Position numbers and translations under genes: made by a program
Notes under the pieces: model-generated
What the model saw: the letters and a program-made list of their open reading frames with translations, nothing else
What the model was told of the DNA's origin: nothing
Database searches by the model: none
Shown here: piece by piece, positions 13,353 through 24,680 of the stretch
Layout: each line of letters begins with the position of its first letter
Numbering within the stretch: the stretch's first letter is position 1
Source: Psammoneis japonica
Taxonomy: Eukaryota
Reading direction: 5' to 3'
Assembly (NCBI GenBank): GCA_008632985.1
Contig: QPGO01000095.1
Location: 59,681-123,680, forward strand
DNA length: 64,000 bases

Positions 13353-14937
13353 CTATTCAGAACCAATCTCCAAAAGCTGGTGTGCCATGCCTATTCTGAT
13401 AGGTGCGATCCTTTCCAGACGGTTGGCAATGCACCACGGACTGTTTCGGGTTTTGGCATGTTTCCCGTACCACGGACTCAAACCACCACATGTGATTGTA
13501 ACTTGCAGCTCTTGGCTTGCTACCGACTGGAGTGCAAATAACTTTACTCCTAGATCACCTACAACCGACCATTTCTTATCACAGACGTCAAAGGAGCGCA
13601 CAACCGAGAAGCGTTCCCAGCGACGGTCGTCATTTCATCAAGATCGTAGTGCACGCCACCATAGTTGAGAATCTCCCTTCCATTACTAGCTGTCACTGTT
13701 CCACTGGCATCTCGAGGACAATTTACAACATCCTCTCGTCCATTGTATGTGATGTTGGCATAAATGTACCAGTTGCCAGGATCCTCTTTTTTCATTCTCA
13801 CGATATCCCGAAACGTCCACCCCTCGGACGGGAGATCAAACGCCATGACTTCCCCACGTTGTGTGCCATACGACTCGGTGCGAAAGTTGAGAATGAGCAG
13901 CCTTGCAGGGTCGCCCGAATTGCAGGTATTGGAAGGGACATAGGAAATGCTCCCATGATCAAATGCCATTGGTAACTTTCCAAAAGGATACCACCATTTT
14001 TTACTCTGACGATCATAGCAGGTGGAGTATGGTAGGAACTCCCCCGAGTCATGACTATCAATGGTTCCGCCAAAGGTGCAAATCATGGGGGCTCATTAGG
14101 TATGACCTCAATTGCTTGAGCAACACAGCACCTCCCGGGTAAGGAAGCTTGGGACCCAAACGTATTTCGAGCGTCTTGAGATCTAGTATGCGAGCATAAT
14201 GAATGCTCTTTTCTCATTGACCGCATCACCATTGAACCCACACGGCAACCAGAGTTCCTTATCTTTTCCATCCAAACTGTCCACCAGAACAGTATACACG
14301 TGATTAAGATTGTTGAGGGGAAATCCTTCTGGGTCATTACCAGGAGTGGTTTGCGCCCACTGCTTTCCAGTGGTCAAATCAATCGCTTGAACGTACGACT
14401 GTGTCGTCCCAAAACATTGATTAGAAGCTGCTTTTTCTTGTTTTCAAGAATAATAGAATCATGGTTACGCGTAGGGTGGAGAGCCTTGTAGGGGAGAACC
14501 CACGTGGTGTCATTGTCCAATCGAATTTTCCGGGGTATTTCGCGCTCAATGTCTTGATAGGTGTCAAAGTCGTGATACTCCCGCTGAAAGCGATAATCCG
14601 TCTTACCAAAAAGATAGTACTCCTCTCCAGGGTCAATTAATTCCGTGTTGGTTTCAACCTCATACGAGTCACCTGTGTCTTGTGCGGATGAAGTCTGCGG
14701 TTGAGAAGCTAAGAGAGCAGTCGCTTTTTCGAGCGCAATCTTTTGCCTTCGAAGCGTTTCTAGTTCTCTCCCTTGTTTCGTCACCATGCCAAACATTGCC
14801 ATCATCAGCACGAAGCTGAAAACTGACACTGTAGGCCTTTTGCGTTTTAATGGTTGATGGTCATTAGAGAAGTACGGATCTTGTATCGCCGGGATGGATG
14901 CCCATCGTCGTGGGCGCCTGCTGACAACTTTGGTCAT
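13353..14937 (-). CDS. Putative type II membrane protein with kelch-like repeats; several apparent frameshifts
   Basis: N-terminal TM (VFSFVLMMAMFG). Repeats ICTFGG...CYDRQSKKW, ILNYGG, SFDVCDKKWSVVG and TCGG are spread over ORFs 14374-15009, 14183-14377, 13559-14086 and 13353-13601. Confidence 0.55.
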
Positions 14938-15417
14938 TGTCAATAAGTGATTGATTATGATTTGGAGAGAATGGCAAAGATGAGCTATCCAAGTACGTTG
15001 GACTGGCAAAAATGCGAATTGTATTGACGAATAATATAGAGTGGCGTCAAATTCTCACGAGATTACCAGGATGTATCGAACAGCATGGGTATCACACAAA
15101 AGCACAATTTCTCCTTTTCACCGCAAAAAAATGTGAGCGAAAAAAAAAACGCGCGCGTGAATAAGGTCGCGCGAGAAATTCGAAATCCGAAAAATCCCTC
15201 CAACGCAACACGACGACATATTTCCCCAACACCACAACTACCGACCCCATAAACATCTAATTCCTACTTAATCTTCATTCGCACGTTACGTTTCCAACGG
15301 TCAACCAGGGTCAACGGACTCCGCAACCTGATCTGGAGTTGGCGACTCTCTCCCATTGACTAAATCCTTTTTCAAGATAGTAAAGCATCTGCTTACGCTA
15401 CAACCTTATTCATCAAC

Positions 15418-16041
15418 ATGGTCGTTGCCGGTTTGTTAAATTTCTGCTTTTCCAAGACAAATTGTTACTCCAAAATCCCCGAATGCAATTTTCTATGCTG
15501 TTGTTGCTGCAACGGTTCGCTTTGTGCAGCCCTTGACGAGAGGTTCCCGGAACCCACCGAGGCTCAAAAGGAATATCGAAAAGAAAAGTGGAATCTCTGG
15601 TTAAACTCGGTTGCGGACGATTTAGATCTTGTTGCAGATTGGTTGTTCTTTGAAGCCGTCTTTTCGAGTCGTGGCGGTTTTGACGGGGGAGCGACGCGCG
15701 ACGCGGAAACCATTGCGCTGTTTGTCTTTACCGTCATGGGGACTATAACGTGGCTACTGGAGATTTGGGACGTGACTGTACGACAACCACAAGGCAAACC
15801 GTGGAAGTGGTTGGGTTACAGTGTGATTTTGGTTGAGGATTTGCCACAGATCATCATGACGCTCATCATCAATGATGCCTTTGACAATTTGTCGGGACGA
15901 GCCGGATTCAATGTCACAACGTCCTTGTATGGAATTTTTATCAAGATTTCATCTGGCATGTTTTTGAATTGTAACTTTTGCTATTGCAACGAGCCGGAGG
16001 ATTTGGAAGAACAATATGAAGAACGCAACAAGAGAGTCTAG
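15418..16041 (+). CDS. Hypothetical multi-pass membrane protein with Cys-rich ends (207 aa)
   Basis: Clean ATG-to-stop ORF of normal composition; hydrophobic segments; D..ADWLF and EDLPQII motifs. Confidence 0.7.
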   Translation: MVVAGLLNFCFSKTNCYSKIPECNFLCCCCCNGSLCAALDERFPEPTEAQKEYRKEKWNLWLNSVADDLDLVADWLFFEAVFSSRGGFDGGATRDAETIALFVFTVMGTITWLLEIWDVTVRQPQGKPWKWLGYSVILVEDLPQIIMTLIINDAFDNLSGRAGFNVTTSLYGIFIKISSGMFLNCNFCYCNEPEDLEEQYEERNKRV

Positions 16042-16668
16042 CGAGTTCTCTCAGAGAGCGAGTTTTGTGTATTAGTTGCTACTGTTGGCTATTTGCGACT
16101 GAGCTTGTTAGATTTTCCTTTTTTGGAAATATCTTTTGTGAGATTCTTTTTTCAAGGCAATAACCAAAGTTGCTCAATTCTTGTAAGTATGTTAAAATCA
16201 TTCAAAGCCTCTGCGACTTTGTCATTCATTAGCAACCAGTCGTCATTGATAGAGTTTGGAGCACAGTAGGGTTGAAGAAAGCAGTGGAATTGCAGAATTG
16301 CCGATCGGAGTCTCATCGAATAGTTCGACTCTACCGTTCGACTCACGTGATCTCTTTCGTACAAGGTAGTATTGATTTTACATACGTCCCGTCAGTATTA
16401 TCTTTGCGTTGAATCGATGTCACATGTTACACTCCGTTCTCCTCAAACAGAGATCCCCCTCACAATCGAATTTGTATGGTCATCAATTGATTATCTTTTG
16501 AGGGGCAGTCCCCCCTCTCGAAAATCTTGAAACGTGAAATTTTTCCATCAAAATCCGCTGGGTCTTGTGACTGTGCCTCACTACCGGTACTGTCGCGGAT
16601 AGGTCATTCTACGACCGCTGTTCGTGTGGTTATTGTCGTCACAGTTGTTATTGTTGTTGTTTTTTACC

Positions 16669-17443
16669 ATGGCGAAACGTCTGCAAAAGGTATGTATTGA
16701 TGTTGTGGTTACTGATTATGCGGTGAACTTGCTTGTATGGAAAATAAAACAAGCTGGTATATCGGTGGTGGTGGGTTTATTCCCTGCACGACTCGCAGTG
16801 CTGCTATGGATTCGGACAATTGTCAGATGAAATTAAATGCCGATCCATTCATGGCCTTCTGGCACTGAGGATTGGCTCTTTGCTCTTGTGGTCTAGCACG
16901 TCATGGTTCTATACCTCGTTATGAACTCTGTTTGATGTGAAACAGATGGCTTCCGTTTTCTTACAGATTTGTATCTCATTTATTTAACCCCCTCCTATTT
17001 TCCTATTTGCATGTCAGGAACGCGCTTCTTTCGAAAAGGACCCATTAAAGTTTGTGGGTGACATTGACTTTGTCAATGACGACGTGTTTAATTGGCGCGT
17101 CAAGCTCAAGGGACCCTCTGGCACTCCGTATTCGGGCGGGACCTTTGAAGTATCCATTGCGTGCCCCGATACCTATCCGTTCAAACCACCCAAGGTTGGT
17201 TTCGTGACAAAGGTTTACCATCCATCGGTGGAAAAGAAAACGGGCAATGTCTGTGCCGACATTATTGGACAAGGATGGGGACCGACCCTCAACATTCGAC
17301 ACGTGTTGACCGTCTTGTATGAAATGTTGGAATCGCCCAGTCCCGATCATCCGCTCGAAGAAGCCATTGCGCAATTGTTGCGAGAGAAACCCAGGGACTT
17401 TGAGAAAAAGGCCAAAAAGTACACCAAGGAATATGCCAAGTAA
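16669..17443 (+). CDS. Ubiquitin-conjugating enzyme E2 (Ubc4/UBE2D- or UBE2L3-like)
   Basis: Exon 1 MAKRLQK (16669-16689), intron 16690-17017, then GPSGTPYSGGTF...YPFKPPKV.F.TKVYHPSV...GNVC (catalytic Cys)...W.PTL. Confidence 0.95.
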
Positions 17444-17653
17444 AAGAACAGCGAATGACTGGATGTTTTGATGTGTGTGGTTATGCTGTGATTTTATTTC
17501 AATCGCAAGCGTACTTAGCGACTAAGAGTATAAAAATTGAATCTATCTCTGCCTTTATTCTGTCAATCTCGGCATATCTCTTATACTTATGTTTGCTTAT
17601 GTGTTGTGTGATCGTCTCGCATGGCAGTTTCCTTCGTAACCATGGAAACATGT

Positions 17654-18354
17654 TCATCCCTCATTTGCTTCTTGTGTCAATTGGTATTCATCTTCAATCT
17701 CCACATCAATAATTTCCGGTATCCGTCCCATGAGATAGGCTTTGACGCGTGCCAATACGGTGGGACGCTCGTGCCAAAAGCGCCCCTTTAATCGAATCAC
17801 CACGATTGGGCCGTCCAAGTCGACAAAATCGACACCACCCGTAATGCCCACGCCTCGATTCTCGGCGCTGTACCCAAAGAGGGTGCCAATCTCGTCTCGG
17901 CATGCTGCCAAAACTCCCAAAATGTTTTCTTGAGTTAAATCTAAAACAGAACCTAAAATGGAAAAGAGTGAAAATATGATGTGAGGAAGTTGTGTGAATC
18001 AAATTATGAGGTTCAAAGCATGGGGCCTATACCTTGCGGAACAAAAATCGGTTCGGCATCCATTTCAATCGACGGTGGTTCAAGCAAGGAACCAACCTCG
18101 GCTTTACGTTCTTGAGAATCTTCTTCCTTGGCATACTCCATTGTATCAATTTCATCTTCCTCCTCCAGCAATATGTCATCATCGTCGTCCATGAATTGAA
18201 AATTGGAAAAATCATCCGACATGGACAATCGCGTTATTGCAAAAGGACGAGCACTGATAATTCCAAATGAAAGAGAATGGTGCGCCAAGAAGCCCACTAG
18301 TAGAACAAGTAGCAGCATCATGTTGTGGGGTAAACAACATGGCGGGATCATCAT
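17654..18354 (-). CDS. Plastid-targeted NifU C-terminal (NFU)-like domain protein
   Basis: Signal peptide followed by SLS-FG. Intron 17941-18032. Domain LTQENILGVL...GGVDFVDLDGPIVVIRLKGRFWH...LMGRIPEI. Confidence 0.7.
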
Positions 18355-18504
18355 ATGGTGATGATTCTCAGTTCTGCAAAAAGAAAAGCGCGGGAATAAT
18401 ACTGTAAGCGGGAAAGATATGATGCTGACGTATGCGTCGTGTGAGCGAAGGCAGACAGACTGAATTGAAAATGCTGAACTAACTAACTCTCTACCGGTGC
18501 ATGG

Positions 18505-18526
18505 CTCTCTCTCTCTCTCTCTCTCT
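18505..18526. repeat. (CT)n microsatellite
   Basis: Seen directly. Confidence 0.9.
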
Positions 18527-18919
18527 ACTGTGCTCTAGTAGAGAGACGGCTCTCTTCTGCTATAGCAATCGATTGTGCGCCCCAAACCCTAATTTGAGTG
18601 CAGAAACCTAAAGCACAAATGACAGAGGGAGCAGCAAACGGCAAAATCTAAAATCGTCAAACACGGTGCTCGCTGTTGCCGCACCACCGGCACGAATGCT
18701 CGCCCCATGACGAAAAGAATTACAGACATTGGTCCTCAGCAGTGTGAGCACACAGTCCCTCCAACTCCTTTGAGGGCAATGGATGCACACTTGCAGGAAA
18801 GAAATTCAGTGTCAAAAACAAGCTTCGCGGCAAAATTTAGAGACAGGAACGGGAGTTGCCAGTGGCCAGCTTCGTTCCCACCGATGAGAATGTGTGTGAT
18901 GCCTTTCATGTGTCAAGCA

Positions 18920-20090
18920 GAATCAAAGTCCTCCGCAACGCCAATGCAAGGTCACCTGACCTTCCAGATAAAATGGCGTGTCATGGCGCTTGATTTCCGC
19001 AACATTGTCCTTCCCGCTGTTGCCACAGAGAGTCAAATCAAGAGTGTCGAAAAAATCATACAAAAAGACCGAGGCAGCGCCCCCCTCGGATGCCTCGTTT
19101 TGTTCAAACACGCTTTCCACAATGGTGAGTTTTGGCATTTCACCAAGATCAGTGGCCAAAAATCCACCACCAAAGGTTCCAGTGTTCTCACGAAACACTG
19201 CTTGCACAGGGCATTTGTTGCCCAAAAGGACCGGAAGCTGTGGTGAGCATGCCTCCCCACCTGTGCCATCTGCATTGTTGTTCAAAACTCGCAATCAATT
19301 GTGTCAACCTGTGAAGCAGAGACAACCAGCAATCCTCCGCCAGCTTGCGCATCACCTTGGACAAATCGACTGCTCTGAATGAAGACATCGTCTGCCGTTC
19401 CAATGTGCAAATTCCCACCTCCATCGCGGTGTGGCCACCTTCAAATCTGCATCCAAAGATGCGGTGAGTTCCATTTGCAGCAATTGCCACATTGCCACCA
19501 CCAACTCCTTCCGCGTTCCTGCCTCCAACAAAGTCAACATTGACTAGAGTGAAATCCTCTCCCATCACCAACACATTTCTCGTGTCGACTCCAGCGTTCT
19601 CCACAATGCAATTCTCGGATTCGCAGCACAATGTCACGCCGGACTGTTCGACCGTGATTGCTGCAGGCGTTGTGATTGTGTTGGATCCACAAAGTGAAAC
19701 AGTGGCGACAGATCCCGCTTGATCAATCACTTGTTGTAATTCTGAATGGGACGCGACACACGGTCCCGTTGTGGGGACGCACGAGGGAGTTGGACTTGGC
19801 ACGGGAGCAGGGCCACAAGTTCCAGGTGGCATGCTCATGGACTCGTCTTCTTCCAACAGTCTTTTCCAAAATGCGGCACTCTCGGAAGATTCAACATCAC
19901 AATCGTGCATTTGGAGCATCCCGCGTCTGAGATGCGTCTCTTTGTTCTCTACTTTGGCTTGTTGTTCGCATCGATTTCGTCTCTGTTTTGTGAAATCAAT
20001 TGCTTGCACCCGTCCAATGGTGGTGTCAGTCAATGCCAGCACTGCTGACAAAAAGCTTTGACAGAACAATCTTAGACTGAAGCTTTTCAT
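18920..20090 (-). pseudogene. Secreted pectin-lyase-like/parallel beta-helix repeat protein, frameshifted and TA-depleted
   Basis: Signal peptide, diatom-type LRRG/RLL..SMSM motif, PAPVPSPTP linker, GGN/GGG...F..N.A..GGA repeats. No Tyr in the 300-aa ORF 19188-20090. Confidence 0.6.
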
Positions 20091-20541
20091 CTTCTTTGGT
20101 CAAATGCGGCGGCCGTTGGGCAATGGTTGTCATCTGTTTTGGTAGAATGCGGTGGCCGTCGGCATGGGCATGGCTTGTTTGGCATTGTGTGGCTTCGCAG
20201 AAAGAGAATGTGAGCGATCCAAGACAATGTTCGTAGAAAACTGTTGCCTTGACATTCAAATGAGGCCGGCTGTTCAGCAGTTCCTCCCAGCCAGATAGAA
20301 GAAGAAGAGAAAAGGAAAAGGAAGGAAAAAACAAACATTGATGAAGGTTTGAAAGGGTGCACTGCAGCACCGCAGTGTGCACAGTGATGAAGACGGACGC
20401 AGACAGGTGCAGACGCGCTGCGTGGAATTTGGTGCAAAGTTTCATGCGTTTGCGTGTGCAGAAGGATGTGGAACGCCAACGGCTGGAACAAAGCAGCACA
20501 CCACACAGCAGTCAGTGCAGCTCTGTCATCACGGTGCTAGA

Positions 20542-22004
20542 ATGGCGGAGGACAACATCATTGCGTCTGGCAAAGCTGAGGATGCAGCAGCTCCGGAAGT
20601 CATGGCAGAAGTCACGGGCACCAAAGGCGCGGCGGCAGTTGCCATGACTGCACTTGGTGCCGAGGGAAGTGCCGAGGGTGTGTCCGTCGAGTCCGAACGC
20701 GCAAGGATGTCGGAGAAGCCGGCGCAGTCCCAAACTGAAAAGAGGGAGAAAGCCGAGCCGCCGGAGCCAACCTTTCAAATTTGTGGTTGGAATGAAGCAC
20801 AGCAGCTGGGTTGCACCACCGAGCAGCTGCTTGAGGCCGGTCACAAGATCGAGTTGGTGGGTGATCAGGCCACCTTTGTGAAACCGGAGGTCCTGCCTTT
20901 TTGCAGCGGCAAAAGCGAGGAGGCAGCCAAGCCCGCGGCCAAAGTGGTCGCGAAAGCAACGGCGGAAGAGGAAGAAGAAGGAAATCAATTTCCGGACCCC
21001 AACGAACCGTCACTCGACTTGTGGGACTGGGTGTTGCGGCACGAAAAATCCGACAATTTCCAGGAGTCCATGTGCCTGATGAAGGATGCGCCGAACAATC
21101 CCGACCTCTGGTTCCCCGCGCTGGGAGAACTGGGGTGCATCAGGAGCGACCCTGAAGCCGTCGCGAATGCTCACGGCAAATGCTGCAAGTGGGTGTGGAG
21201 GTGCCGCACGGAAGTCGGCGAGAGGGGCATCCCAGACTTGACGCCGAAGAGCAACGAAGTGTTCAAGACCACCGTCGAGGCTTTCGAAGCGGGGTGGTCG
21301 CTCGCACTGGTCCACCTCGTGAAGAGAGTAAGCACAGAAGTGTGCACATTTGGATGAGGTGCCGTGTCATCCAACCTGCGTTGTTTTGCCTCAAAAAGTC
21401 CATTTGCTCCGCAGGCCCCAAGGAGGTGGAGGTGGGCGAGCTGCGCGCATCGCAACGGAGGGGCGCAGGCATTGGTTTTTTTGCTTTGCGCCAGTTCCAG
21501 AAAGGCAGTGCGGTTGGAATCTACGTGGGCCCCAGGGTGCCCGGCACGACGAGGAGCTGCTTGTGGTGCGACCACGACAGCAAGTTTGGAGAAGACCACA
21601 GCGTGTGCTGCTCTGCCATCCGTGACAGCGAGGGCCACTGCGTCACAGTGGAGCCAAAACCGCTTGATTTTAGCGGTCCAGGGAACAAGAATTCCCATCC
21701 ACTCTACCTCGGAATGCACCACGTGAACGATGCCACCGAGTCGTTCAAGGACAAGAAGAAGATCAAGGCAAGCCAACACGTGGACAACAACTGCAAGTTC
21801 TACAACGACGGGTGCTTGGCAGTCACGAAGCGAATCATGCCCGGGGAGGAATTTCTCTGCAGATGCAATTTGGACGAATCGGAGAAGAAGAAGAAGAAGA
21901 AGAGGAAGGCGACGTCGGGTGCCATGAATCGGAAGAAGAAATTGCGTCCACTCCCCAAGTCGGGGAGGAGAAGCTCCACGTCTGGCAAAACGTCTGCCGT
22001 GTAG
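20542..22004 (+). pseudogene. SET-domain protein (putative lysine methyltransferase), frameshifted
   Basis: AGIGFFALRQFQKGSAVGIYVG ... LYLGMHHVND ... NNCKF.NDG.LAVTKRIMPGEEFLCRCN follow the SET motif order; the terminal Tyr appears as Cys. Poly-K tail. Confidence 0.7.
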
Positions 22005-22226
22005 TTTGCTCTGTAAATTGGCAGCACAGTGTGTTGGTGTTTTTCAGCGAAACTGCAGCATCAGTTGGAAAGGCGTAGCCCCAGTTGTGGTTCGAAAAAT
22101 GGGAACGAGGAAGAACAGAAAGTCGGTAAATTTGATCAAATCTAGCAAATTGGTGGGTGCCTGCACAGTCGCCTGAGTGCAGAAAGTCAGCAAATTTACG
22201 CAAATTTAGCAAGTCATTTTGCACTG

Positions 22227-22805
22227 TCACAGTCGCCTGAGAATGGTCTCTTCCTCTAGAGAAAGGGGGATTGAATTGTTGTTCTTGCCCACTGCAGCAC
22301 TCTTCAGGTGGAGAGACACGCAGAAGAACTTGTCGTTTGAGCTTGTCCTGCTGGAGATGCAGTGGCACTTGGTGGGGTTAAAAATGATGACATCACCAAG
22401 CCGGAGTGCAACGGAGATGCCTTCGGTGGGGAAGCAGAAGTGCGCCACAATCCCGTCATTCATGGTGTGGCTGCCGGATGGAGGGACTCCCACCACGGTG
22501 ACTGCTGACAGGAAGAAGTCCTCGTCCCGATGGGCGTGGAGGAAGACATTGCGCCCAGCCGCCAGAGAGGAGAAAATGCCATCTGACTGCACCAGGGATT
22601 TCCAGTTGTGAAACTTTTTGACACAAGCGACACCCTTGAGGATGGCACAGTCCACGCACTCATTGACAAGGTGCTCCATGCGTGAAAGAAGTCTGGTGAG
22701 GTGGTGAGTGTGTTGGTCGGCTGTGCCAGGCTGCTTGCAAGAAATTCGAGCGTCTCTCGTGGCAGCCAGGCCAATCGTGGAACACTTGCTCCTGTCAGTC
22801 TCCAT
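22227..22805 (-). CDS. TET/JBP-like 2OG-Fe(II) dioxygenase domain (probably mutated)
   Basis: GIFSSLAAGRNVFLHAHRDEDFF (HxD), FCFP..GISVALRLGDVIIFNP..CHC (distal His), VSLHLK; layout like algal/fungal TET/JBP domains. Confidence 0.6.
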   Translation of the reverse strand: METDRSKCSTIGLAATRDARISCKQPGTADQHTHHLTRLLSRMEHLVNECVDCAILKGVACVKKFHNWKSLVQSDGIFSSLAAGRNVFLHAHRDEDFFLSAVTVVGVPPSGSHTMNDGIVAHFCFPTEGISVALRLGDVIIFNPTKCHCISSRTSSNDKFFCVSLHLKSAAVGKNNNSIPLSLEEETILRRL

Positions 22806-23739
22806 AGACGCAACCTGTTTGACGGGCAGACAGACGAATTGCTGTGACCGCCTCAGATTCCATTATTTTTTCTTTTCACGGAACTACCATGGGCCGATCC
22901 GACGACACTGTCTTGTTGACGCCGGTGCTCGACAAGAACGTAAATCTGCCGGACACCACTCGCGCTCGTGACAGCAAATACGGGGAACGTTTGTTCGGTC
23001 AAATAACATCCGGCTTGGGTCACTTCAACGGGCTCAGACTCCACTTGTGTCGACGAGGTATTTTCTGTCTCTTGCCGCTCGCTCACGGCACGAACCAATG
23101 CCTTTACTCGGCGACTTATATCTCTCTTTCCAAGACAAGCAGCCTGTCACCACTGGCGCTTTTATTCGGCCTTTCCTTCCTCTACCTGCTGCAGTGGCAT
23201 GCTTTCTGATGCGTCGTGCTGCTGACAGTAACTATGACAATCAATAACGTGTACGTTGATGTTGTGCACCGGCCCGAGTTCGACCTTGTTGATGACAAGC
23301 CGACAAACAACCAATCAGAATTGACAGGTTTAAGTGCTAAACTGTTGGTGCGGTGACATGAGAGGCTCTAAAGCAATTGACTAAAGTGATTGAACATTCC
23401 GTTGTTACGGCGAACGTTATCGTCATTGCACACGGTCATTTTTGCTGTGCTCCTTTCGTTGCGGTCGTGCATGTAACTAACGGCGCTTTTTGTTTCGGTG
23501 CAGTTACATCGTGGTTACTCCAGCTTCTTTGCGACAAAAAGCACAGAATAAGATGGGGATGCGGAAAGAACTGATGAAATCCGGGGGGGTTCTGTGAAAA
23601 CCTGGGGTGCGCTACTTCACTTATGTGCGTCCTCCGTCAGCACAATGACAATAAGATACAGAAGGAGTGTTGAAATGGCAATGGATAAGTTAGGTGGCAA
23701 GTGTTGGAGATATGCTAATAAGGATGGGAATACGATAGC

Positions 23740-24040
23740 TGGCATTCAACACATACTAGGTAGGTAGTGTTCGATAGCTACCGGTGGCATTCGATGCGAT
23801 GGCCAACAGTGGCCAGCATTCGATACTGTACGACAGGGTAGCTAGCATTCGACACTGTACGATAGGGTAGCTAGCATTGAAAAGCTAGAGTACTAGCATT
23901 TGACACGATGCGACAGATAGTAGTATTCGATAGCTACTGGTAGGAGTAGTATTTGATGTGATACGATGGATAGTATTCGATGCGATGCGGCAGCTAGTGT
24001 TTGACAGCTAATGTTCGATACGATACGATAGCTAGAGATC
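23740..24040. repeat. TA-rich short degenerate tandem repeats (~28-bp unit tagcattcgatactgtacgacagggtagc)
   Basis: Repeated tagc/ttcgata/tacgat motifs seen directly. Confidence 0.7.
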
Positions 24041-24169
24041 CCCAATATTGGATGACTTCTTAGATTTTACAACAGAAGCTGAGGGGATAAATGTGTCCTC
24101 TGACCCAAGCTATTAAAGTCAATGATAAAAACGGAAGTTATCCTTTAGTTACATGCACGACCACAACGA

Positions 24170-24680
24170 AGAAGCTCAGCAAAACGACTTTTGACAAGGA
24201 CGACAACGCCCGCCATGAAATGCAACACTCGGTTGCTCTTCTATATACAATAAACAAATGATACCAGCGATGAAATTCAATGGATGAAGCCAAATCAACG
24301 AAGTATAAACGACACGGCCAACGGCATGCGATCAAAAACAACAACACTGTGTGAAACGACTTTACACAACGACGACAACACCCGCCATAACAACAAAACA
24401 GTCGGTCACTCTTCTCAATGCAACAAACAAATGATACGAGCCGTGAAAGCCAATGGATGAAGCCAAATCAACAAAGTACCGGTGTGAACAACACAGCCAA
24501 TGGCATTTGATGAAAAACCACAACACTGCACACATAAAACGACTTTGTGCGACGACGACAACGCTTGCCACAGCAACTGAACATTCAAGCATGCTCTTCT
24601 TGATACAATAAACAAACATGATAGCCAACTTGCCAAGCCAAATCAATGAAGTAACATCGAAATAGCCAACAACGGACGAA
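24170..24680. repeat. Three diverged ~180-bp tandem units
   Basis: aaacgacttt..gacgacaac at ~24182, ~24354 and ~24537; gccaaatcaa recurs in each unit. Confidence 0.75.

Noticed and set aside
18584..18593. aaaccctaa telomere-like motif at the left edge of the mutated block
   Set aside because: A single copy, which can occur by chance; not enough to call a terminus or telomere.
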